Positions 9,739-16,032 of a stretch of 32,000 nucleotides of DNA are shown here, in pieces (positions within the stretch are counted from its first letter, which is position 1; every line of letters begins with the position of its first letter). Both the position numbers and the translations under genes were made by a program. The notes below the pieces were generated by a model, which did not search any database, was not told the origin of the DNA, and was given only the letters and a program-made list of their open reading frames with translations. Source of the stretch: Planifilum fimeticola (GTDB lineage: Bacteria; Bacillota; Bacilli; Thermoactinomycetales; DSM-44946); assembly GCF_003001905.1 (NCBI RefSeq), contig NZ_PVNE01000006.1, positions 81,407 to 113,406 on the forward strand, read 5' to 3'.

Positions 9739-10998
9739 ATGATGAAAAAAAGGACGAGGGGAGGAGGGGCGTATCACATGCCGAGGTTTATTGTCCATGT
9801 TTCCTTCCTGTTTTTCTCGCTGGTGGCTTTAACCGGGGTTTGGATGCGCTTTTACCCCTTTGCCACCGGGACCTCCATCCCTTATCCCCACGTGCTTCAC
9901 GCCCACTCCCACTTCGCCCTGCTGGGTTGGGCCTTTTTGGGAGGCTTCGCGGTTTTTCTTCACATCTTCTGGCCGCGCATTCACCGAAAAAAGCAGGCTA
10001 TCCTGGCGGTTTCGGCATTGGCCGGGATTTCCCTGGCGATGTTGGTCGCCTTCTTGTATCAGGGTTACGGGCCGCTGTCCATCGCCGCATCGACCCTGCA
10101 CATTTTCGCGGAGTACTGGATCGCATTCATGATTTACCGGACCGTCCGGCAGAACCCCGCCTTTTCCGGCATGGGAGCGCCATTTATCAAGGGTTCCCTG
10201 ATCGCGCTCATCCTCTCTTCCGTCGGCCCCTTCTCCCTCGCTTTCATCGCCGCCCGGGGAATGAAGGAGACGCCCTGGTATGATATGGCCATCTATTTTT
10301 ATCTGCATTTCCAGTATAACGGGTGGCTCCTGCTGTTTTTGATCGGGTTGTTCATCCTTTTGCTTCGGCGGAAAGGGATTCCCTTCGCCGCCGGGGGGAT
10401 GAAGGCCGCCTTCTGGATGTATTTCATCGCATTGTTTCCGGGCTATTTTCATTCCATCCTGTGGGCGGAGCCGGGGAAATTCGTGAAGGGGCTGGCTGCC
10501 GCCGCGGGCGCGGTCCAGTTTATCGCCGTTCTCCTCCTTTTCCGGTCCTTGAGGGGAAGCCTGCGCCATCTCCGAAGGGAGTGCTCCGGACTGGTCAACA
10601 CCGGTCTCCTGTTGACGCTGCTGGCGCTCTTTGTCAAGAGCTCCCTGGAGCTGGGACTCCTTTGGCCGGACTTGGCCGCCCTCGTCTATGACACCCGGAG
10701 CGTGGTGATCGGTTATCTGCATCTGACTCTGCTGGGCGTCGTCAGCTTGTTCATCCTGGTTCAATACGGCATGGCCGGAATCTGGAAGATGGATAGACTG
10801 GCCCTGTACGGGGGCTCCGCCTTTTATGCCGGCTTTTTGTTGAATGAGCTCCTCCTGTTTTTGCAGGGGCTGGCGGAATGGACCAAGGCGGCGCAAATCC
10901 CTTTCCGCCTCGAAGGGCTTTTCCTGGCCAGTTTGATGCTCCTGGTCGGGATCGTTTTGATGTGGCGAAGCTTTGCCCGTACCGGTTCCGGGGTCTGA
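9739..10998 (+). CDS. 12-TM integral membrane protein with a thrice-repeated His motif (NnrS-like candidate, family uncertain)
   Basis: ORF 9694..10998. Candidate starts are ATG 9739/9742 (MMKKRTRGG) or ATG 9778, which has GGAGGAGG upstream. About 12 hydrophobic segments. Conserved-looking motifs are HAHSHFALLGW, YLHFQYNGW and GYLHLTLLGV at regular intervals. Confidence 0.8.
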   Translation: MMKKRTRGGGAYHMPRFIVHVSFLFFSLVALTGVWMRFYPFATGTSIPYPHVLHAHSHFALLGWAFLGGFAVFLHIFWPRIHRKKQAILAVSALAGISLAMLVAFLYQGYGPLSIAASTLHIFAEYWIAFMIYRTVRQNPAFSGMGAPFIKGSLIALILSSVGPFSLAFIAARGMKETPWYDMAIYFYLHFQYNGWLLLFLIGLFILLLRRKGIPFAAGGMKAAFWMYFIALFPGYFHSILWAEPGKFVKGLAAAAGAVQFIAVLLLFRSLRGSLRHLRRECSGLVNTGLLLTLLALFVKSSLELGLLWPDLAALVYDTRSVVIGYLHLTLLGVVSLFILVQYGMAGIWKMDRLALYGGSAFYAGFLLNELLLFLQGLAEWTKAAQIPFRLEGLFLASLMLLVGIVLMWRSFARTGSGV

Positions 10999-11041
10999 AG
11001 GGGAGCGGGGGAAGGGGATTTTCTTTTTTTATAGGTTTTAC

Positions 11042-11071
11042 TTGTCATTGATCAAGTTTCTTATCTATAAT
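11042..11071 (+). promoter_or_regulatory. sigma-A-type promoter of the TM2-domain gene
   Basis: TTGTCA (11042-11047), an 18-nt spacer, then TATAAT (11066-11071). SD AGGAGG lies before the ATG at 11118. Confidence 0.5.
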
Positions 11072-11117
11072 GAACTGGAAAACCTGCGAATTCATCTTAA
11101 TTTATAGGAGGTTGTAA

Positions 11118-11468
11118 ATGTCTAATCTGTCGCTGAAGCAGCAGTTGAGCCAGCAGCAGTTGACGATGGTGCAGAGCGAGTTGGAACACAAGAAAAAGTC
11201 GGTGGCCGTCGCCTACGTATTGGCCATCCTTCTGGGAAGTTTAGGCGCACACCGGTTTTATGTGAGGAAGACGGGCACGGCCGTCACTCAGCTGGTGCTC
11301 ACTCTCCTCGGGTATCTGACCATGGTCATTTTGATTGGGTTCCTGCTTGTCGGCATCGTCGGGATCTGGGTTCTCGTCGATCTGTTTTTGCTCCATGGTT
11401 ATGTAAAGCGTTTGAACGAGGAAATCGAACGGGATCTCATTCATCAAGTGATGAGCCAAAGCGCGTGA
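11118..11468 (+). CDS. TM2 domain-containing membrane protein
   Basis: Strong SD (TAGGAGGTTGTAA ATG). LGSLGAHRFYVRKTGTAVTQL matches the TM2-domain signature (GxxGxHRFY). Two TM helices. 116 aa. Confidence 0.8.
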   Translation: MSNLSLKQQLSQQQLTMVQSELEHKKKSVAVAYVLAILLGSLGAHRFYVRKTGTAVTQLVLTLLGYLTMVILIGFLLVGIVGIWVLVDLFLLHGYVKRLNEEIERDLIHQVMSQSA

Positions 11469-11483
11469 ACGGGTCGATGAGGA

Positions 11484-11530
11484 AAAAAGATCGGAGGGCG
11501 GAACGATTCCGCCCTCCGCTTTAATTTTCA
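11484..11530. terminator. bidirectional terminator between the convergent TM2 gene and protease A
   Basis: Stem CGGAGGGCGGA / TCCGCCCTCCG, flanked by AAAAAA upstream and CTTTAATTTT downstream. Confidence 0.75.
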
Positions 11531-11537
11531 TCGCATT

Positions 11538-12707
11538 TTAATAGTTGACCGCCCGGTAGGCGTTGATCCGCCCTTTGCTCCAGTAGGTCCCCGTTCCGGA
11601 GATCCGGTCGGCGGTGTTTTCGATGGCCGCCCGGATTTGCGATGCACTGCGTCCCTGAGCATCCAGGAGCCCGGCCAGTCCCGCCACGTGGGGCGTTGCC
11701 ATCGAGGTGCCGGACAGGCTGGCGTAGCTGCTGCCCGTGTAGGTGGAGTAGATGTTCACCCCCGGGGCGGCGACATCCACCCAGCTGCCGTAGTTGGAGA
11801 AGGAGGCCTTGTTGTCGTTGCTGTCGGTGGCGGCGACGGCGATGGCGTTGCTGTAGTATGCCGGATAGGAGGGAAGGGACGTCCCGCTGTTACCGGCGGC
11901 GGCCACCACGACAACTCCCTTGTTCCAGGCGTAGTCCACGGCGTTTTTCAGGGTGGTGGCCCCGACCGAAGCACCCAAGCTGAGGCTGATCACGTCGGCT
12001 CCGCTGTCGGCGGCGTGGATGATCCCGTTGGCCACATCATCCAGGGTTCCGGATCCGCTGTTGTTTAACACCCGGACGGCATAGATGGTGGCGTTGGGAG
12101 CCATCCCGGCAATTCCCTGGGAGTTGTTGGTGACGGCGGCGGCGATTCCGGCACAATGGGTTCCGTGCCCGTTGCCGTCATACGGATCCCAGTCGTCATC
12201 CACAAAGTCGTAGCCCCGGACGACTTTTCCGGACAAGTCGGGATGGTCATATTGCACTCCCGTGTCAACGATGGCGATCCAGGTGTCGCTGCTGCTCCTG
12301 GTGACGTCCCAGGCAGCGGGAGCTTGAACCTTTTGGGGCCCCCACTGCCGGCTGGAGAAATAGGGGTCGTTGGGGGTCCACTGGATGGTGTAGATGTAAT
12401 TGGGCTCCGCATATTCGACGTTGGGATTCTTCTCGTATTCCTTGACCGCTTGCTCCACGGATTTGTCTTCAACCTTTACGACATCAAAGCCCAGCTTCGT
12501 GTTGCGGGAGAGGAGCTTTGCCTGCCCATCCTGGTGGGCGGTTTTCATCGCGCTGGCTGATGTGCCCTTCTTAAATTTGACAATCACCTGGTCGGGGGCG
12601 TAAGCCGGCTTGTCCGCCTGAACGGCTGATTCGGCCCCGGCGGCTTGGGGTTGAATCAGGACGATAGCCAGCACCAGCGAGGCGACGATCGCCAACAATC
12701 GCTTCAT
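11538..12707 (-). CDS. secreted S8 subtilase, thermitase-like (paralog A), with signal peptide and I9 propeptide
   Basis: ORF 11538..12743. ATG at 12707 (MKRLLAIVASLVLAIV signal peptide) with AGGAGG upstream. Catalytic triad contexts IAIVDTGV, HGTHCAGIAAA and GTSMATPHVAG. The mature region closely resembles remembered Thermoactinomyces thermitase (YTPNDPYFSSRQWGPQK...GTYWAKGRVNAY). Confidence 0.93.
   Translation of the reverse strand: MKRLLAIVASLVLAIVLIQPQAAGAESAVQADKPAYAPDQVIVKFKKGTSASAMKTAHQDGQAKLLSRNTKLGFDVVKVEDKSVEQAVKEYEKNPNVEYAEPNYIYTIQWTPNDPYFSSRQWGPQKVQAPAAWDVTRSSSDTWIAIVDTGVQYDHPDLSGKVVRGYDFVDDDWDPYDGNGHGTHCAGIAAAVTNNSQGIAGMAPNATIYAVRVLNNSGSGTLDDVANGIIHAADSGADVISLSLGASVGATTLKNAVDYAWNKGVVVVAAAGNSGTSLPSYPAYYSNAIAVAATDSNDNKASFSNYGSWVDVAAPGVNIYSTYTGSSYASLSGTSMATPHVAGLAGLLDAQGRSASQIRAAIENTADRISGTGTYWSKGRINAYRAVNY
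11662..11801. repeat. 140-nt near-identical tract shared with 13469..13608 (paralog conversion tract, copy 1)
   Basis: Hand alignment at a constant offset of 1807 nt shows one mismatch (11734 C vs 13541 T) in 140 nt. Confidence 0.9.
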
Positions 12708-12990
12708 AGAGGCATGACCTCCTCTGGAAGTGGGTTTTATCATTCACCCCGGAGGGGGAATGAACGGAGCATGAACGGGTTTTCCCGACGGCGGACGAAC
12801 GGGAACTGTCGAAACCGTGTTGTCATTTCTTGAGCAGATCGTGGAAGCGAGCCGGTGGTAGGGAGGGGGTGCTGGTCCATGGAGGCGATGAGGAGAGCAG
12901 CGGAGGTGAACCGATCGTGAGGGTGGTGATGGGATGTGATGATGGACGTCGGGATGGAAATCTTTAAATGCCAATCAAATTCCAACAATT

Positions 12991-13019
12991 ATTTTAATAC
13001 AGACTAAAATAAAAATCAA
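12991..13019 (-). promoter_or_regulatory. candidate sigma-A promoter for protease A
   Basis: On the reverse strand: TTGATT (13019-13014), a 17-nt spacer, then TAAAAT (12996-12991), in an AT-rich patch. This would give a leader of about 275 nt. Confidence 0.4.
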
Positions 13020-13284
13020 CAATTAACAGCGAAATTTATCGATGTTTTGCTGTAAAGCACTAAAATCCGAAAGACATATCTCCCGGCAATTCGATCCTGT
13101 GTGCGACGTGCTCGGAAAGAACGTCCTCTGTAGATTTTAGAAAGATCGGGGATCTTTCGGGAATTGCCGATTCGATTTCTCGGGTGTGAAAAACGGATTT
13201 TTTCCGGGTGTATAGAATTAAGAAAAAAGAAGTAATACCCGGGTGGGGTTTCGCATTCAGGCGAGAGAAGGGCGCGGGAAAGAG

Positions 13285-13330
13285 GGAAGAAAGGAAAACC
13301 GGAGGGAGAAATCTTTCCGTCCTCCGGTTT
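13285..13330 (-). terminator. terminator after protease B
   Basis: Reverse strand: AACCGGAGG...CCTCCGGTT stem (13298-13329) followed by TTTTCCTTTCTT. Confidence 0.65.
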
Positions 13331-13344
13331 GCTTCACGGCGCAT

Positions 13345-14520
13345 TTAATAGTTGACCGCCCGGTAGGCGTTGATCCGCCCTTTGCTCCAGTAGGTGCCCG
13401 TTCCGGAAATCGGGTCGGCGGTGTTTTCGATGGTCGCCCGGATTTCCGAAGCGCTACGACCCTGGGCGTCCAGGAGCCCGGCCAGTCCCGCCACGTGGGG
13501 CGTTGCCATCGAGGTGCCGGACAGGCTGGCGTAGCTGCTGTCCGTGTAGGTGGAGTAGATGTTCACCCCCGGGGCGGCGACATCCACCCAGCTGCCGTAG
13601 TTGGAGAAAGAGGCTTTGCTTTCATCGCTGTCGGTGGCGGCGACGGCGATGGCGTTGCTGTAGTACGCCGGATAGGCCGGTTGAGAGGAGCCGTCGTTAC
13701 CGGCGGCGGCCACCACGACAACCCCCTTGTTCCAGGCATAGTCCACGGCTTCCTTCAGGGTGATGGAATCGTTGGGGCTGCCCAGGCTGAGGCTGATCAC
13801 GTCGGCTCCGTTGTCGGCGGCATGGATGATTCCGTTGGCTACATTTTGCAGCGTGCCGGAGCCGCTGTCGTCCAGTACCCGGACGGCGTAGATTTTGGCA
13901 TCGGGAGCCATCCCGGCAATTCCCCGGGTGTTGTTGGTGATCGCGGCGGCGATTCCGGCACAATGGGTTCCGTGCCCGTTGCCGTCATAGGGGTCCCAGT
14001 CGTTGTCGACGTAATCGTATCCCCGGACGACTTTTCCGGACAAGTCGGGATGGTCGTATTGCACTCCCGTGTCAACGATGGCGATCGAGGTGTTGCTGTC
14101 GCTTTTTGTCACATCCCAGGCGGCGGGAGCCTGGACCTTTTTGGGCCCCCACTGCAGATCGGGGAACAGGGAGTCGTTGGGCGTCCACTGGGTGGTGAAA
14201 ATGTAGTTGGGTTCCGCGTATTCGACGTCGGGGGACTTTTCATACTCCTTAATCGCTTCTTCCACGGACTTGCCCTCGATTTTCACCACGTCAAAACCGA
14301 TCTCTTTGTTGTGGAAGAGAAGATCCGTGTCCAACTCCAGATGGATGTTCAGGGTCAAACGGGGCTCGGCGTTTTCCTTGAATTTGACGATGACTTGATC
14401 AGGTGCGTAGGATAGCTTGTCCGATGAGCCTTCTTTTTCGGCTTCCGCGCCGGCCGATGGCGGATGGATCAAAACGAACGCCATGAATAGGGCGGCGGCC
14501 ATTTTCCACAAGCGTTTCAT
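13345..14520 (-). CDS. secreted S8 subtilase, thermitase-like (paralog B)
   Basis: ORF 13345..14553. ATG at 14520 (MKRLWKMAAALFMAFVL) with AGGAGG 6 nt upstream. Same D/H/S motif contexts as paralog A. The C-terminal residues GTGTYWSKGRINAYRAVNY are identical. Confidence 0.93.
   Translation of the reverse strand: MKRLWKMAAALFMAFVLIHPPSAGAEAEKEGSSDKLSYAPDQVIVKFKENAEPRLTLNIHLELDTDLLFHNKEIGFDVVKIEGKSVEEAIKEYEKSPDVEYAEPNYIFTTQWTPNDSLFPDLQWGPKKVQAPAAWDVTKSDSNTSIAIVDTGVQYDHPDLSGKVVRGYDYVDNDWDPYDGNGHGTHCAGIAAAITNNTRGIAGMAPDAKIYAVRVLDDSGSGTLQNVANGIIHAADNGADVISLSLGSPNDSITLKEAVDYAWNKGVVVVAAAGNDGSSQPAYPAYYSNAIAVAATDSDESKASFSNYGSWVDVAAPGVNIYSTYTDSSYASLSGTSMATPHVAGLAGLLDAQGRSASEIRATIENTADPISGTGTYWSKGRINAYRAVNY
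13469..13608. repeat. 140-nt near-identical tract shared with 11662..11801 (copy 2)
   Basis: See copy 1. The two genes are tandem, with an 1807-nt period measured stop codon to stop codon. Confidence 0.9.
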
Positions 14521-14807
14521 GCGATACCTCCTCCGGGAAACCCTTTCGTTCATCCCTACGCAATGGAATGGGGATTTAAGGACTTGAAAAGAAATAAAAG
14601 ATTTCTATCAAATAGAAAAACGTATGGAAGTACCGGCGGGTTTCGGGATCGATATTGGTATCTTATTCCGTTTTGTCTGAGCGGGGCGCGGAAAGGGGGG
14701 TTGGATGAGGAGGGCGGCGTTTTGGGATTTACAAAAAGGAACCTGATTTTCCAAACGGCGGTGTCGCGCCGGTGGAAAACCGGTTCCCGATCACAAATTC
14801 GGCCATG

Positions 14808-15821
14808 TTATTCGGTCACTTTGAGGAGGGCGACCGCTCCTTTTTGGGCGTGATGGAACTGGTGAGTCACGATGGGATAGATCCCCGCCTCTTTGACGGT
14901 GAACTCCACCACCGCTCCGCCGCTTGCCGGCAGCATGACGGTTTGCATGCCCCTCAAGCGGTTGTCGGGGTTTCCATCCCGGTACACGTCATCAAATACG
15001 GTTCCGACGACGTGGAACGAGCTCACGTGGTTGGGGCCGACGTTGTTTACGTAAATGCGGATTTTTTCCCCGACTTTGGCTTCCAGGGGCTTCTCTTTCA
15101 GGCTGTAGGTGGTGCCGTTGGTATTGGGATCTCCCTTTTTCAGGGCCTTGGTGGAGAAGACCACGTAATCGGGCTGGCCGTCGGTCATGTCATCCAGGTT
15201 GTTGTTGGCGTACCATTCGTTCTGGATCAGGGTGAATTCGCGGTCCACCTGTGGGTCGGTGGGATAGCCGTCCTTCGGCTTCACGATAATCACGCCGTGC
15301 ATGCCGTTGGCGATGTGCTGAAGCACCGGATCCGTTCCGCAATGGTACATGAATACCCCCGGACTGCTGGCCTGATAGGTGAAGGTTTTACTCCGATTGG
15401 GCGCGATGTTGATGAACTTCTTGGATGGAGCCGCGTGGACGGCGTGGAAGTCCATGCTGTGGGGCATCGCGGGGTCAAGGTTTTTCAGGGTGAATTCTAT
15501 CGTGTCTCCTTCCCTGACGACGATGAGGGGGCCGGGAGCTTGCCCGTTGAAGGTCCAGGCCTTGTAGGTCACTCCCTTGTCGATTTCGATGTCGGTCACT
15601 TGGGCGGTCATTTCGACTTTCACCCGATGAGCGCTTGTTCGCTCGATTTTGACGGGGGTGGGTTTCTGGTTGACGTCGCGGTGGGCGGGCATCACTTGAT
15701 TCGCGGCATGGTCCGGAGAGGCGGTTTTTTCGGCGATGTCCGACTCGGAGGGGCTTCTGCAACCGGCCAACATACCGGCGGCGAGGACGACCGACAGAAG
15801 GGCGACGAAGGTTTTGTTCAT
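14808..15821 (-). CDS. nirK: copper-containing nitrite reductase NirK, lipoprotein form
   Basis: Signal peptide plus lipobox (LAGC). Cupredoxin domains with type-1/type-2 Cu ligand contexts HSMDFH, YHCGTDPVLQHIANGMHG and HQFHH. 337 aa. AGGAGG SD at 15836-15831. Confidence 0.9.
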   Translation of the reverse strand: MNKTFVALLSVVLAAGMLAGCRSPSESDIAEKTASPDHAANQVMPAHRDVNQKPTPVKIERTSAHRVKVEMTAQVTDIEIDKGVTYKAWTFNGQAPGPLIVVREGDTIEFTLKNLDPAMPHSMDFHAVHAAPSKKFINIAPNRSKTFTYQASSPGVFMYHCGTDPVLQHIANGMHGVIIVKPKDGYPTDPQVDREFTLIQNEWYANNNLDDMTDGQPDYVVFSTKALKKGDPNTNGTTYSLKEKPLEAKVGEKIRIYVNNVGPNHVSSFHVVGTVFDDVYRDGNPDNRLRGMQTVMLPASGGAVVEFTVKEAGIYPIVTHQFHHAQKGAVALLKVTE

Positions 15822-15837
15822 CGCACACGACCTCCTC

Positions 15838-15855
15838 TTGTGATATTATTCACAA
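15838..15855. promoter_or_regulatory. perfect Fnr/Crp-type palindrome TTGTGATATTATTCACAA in the nirK leader, abutting the SD
   Basis: TGTGA-N6-TCACA with flanking TT/AA symmetry. It ends 2 nt upstream of the nirK SD complement. Confidence 0.6.
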
Positions 15856-15900
15856 TTAGATTCAGGGGATAAAGGTTTATTTATAGCCCCTTTCGCCTTC

Positions 15901-15943
15901 ATCATAATTGAAACAATCAGCCTTATTGTGATACAGGACACAA
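15901..15943 (-). promoter_or_regulatory. nirK class-II-like promoter: box TTGTGATACAGGACACAA plus a -10 TATGAT
   Basis: Box at 15926-15943 (TGTGA-N6-ACACA, centre 15934.5). Reverse-strand TATGAT at 15906-15901, 28.5 nt from the box centre. Confidence 0.55.
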
Positions 15944-15984
15944 ATCCGCTTTTTCGTTACAAATCTTTCGAAGATTGGTCTTGA

Positions 15985-16010
15985 TAAAAAACCCGCGGAC
16001 ATGCCGCGGG
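15985..16010 (-). terminator. rho-independent terminator after the qNor gene
   Basis: Reverse strand: CCCGCGGCATGTCCGCGGG hairpin followed by TTTTTTAT. Confidence 0.8.
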
Positions 16011-16032
16011 AAGAAACGGTGACATCGGTTTT

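Noticed and set aside
11048-11055. TTGATCAA palindrome, considered as an E. coli-type FNR half-site pair
   Set aside because: It is only 8 bp, without the TTGAT-N4-ATCAA spacing. It sits inside the spacer of the TM2-gene promoter, so it is probably fortuitous.
12740-12988. Small reverse-strand ORFs (82 aa and 76 aa, His/Pro-rich) in the protease A leader
   Set aside because: Neither the TTG nor the ATG start has an SD. The composition looks like untranslated GC-rich leader. They are kept only as part of the unexplained-leader finding.
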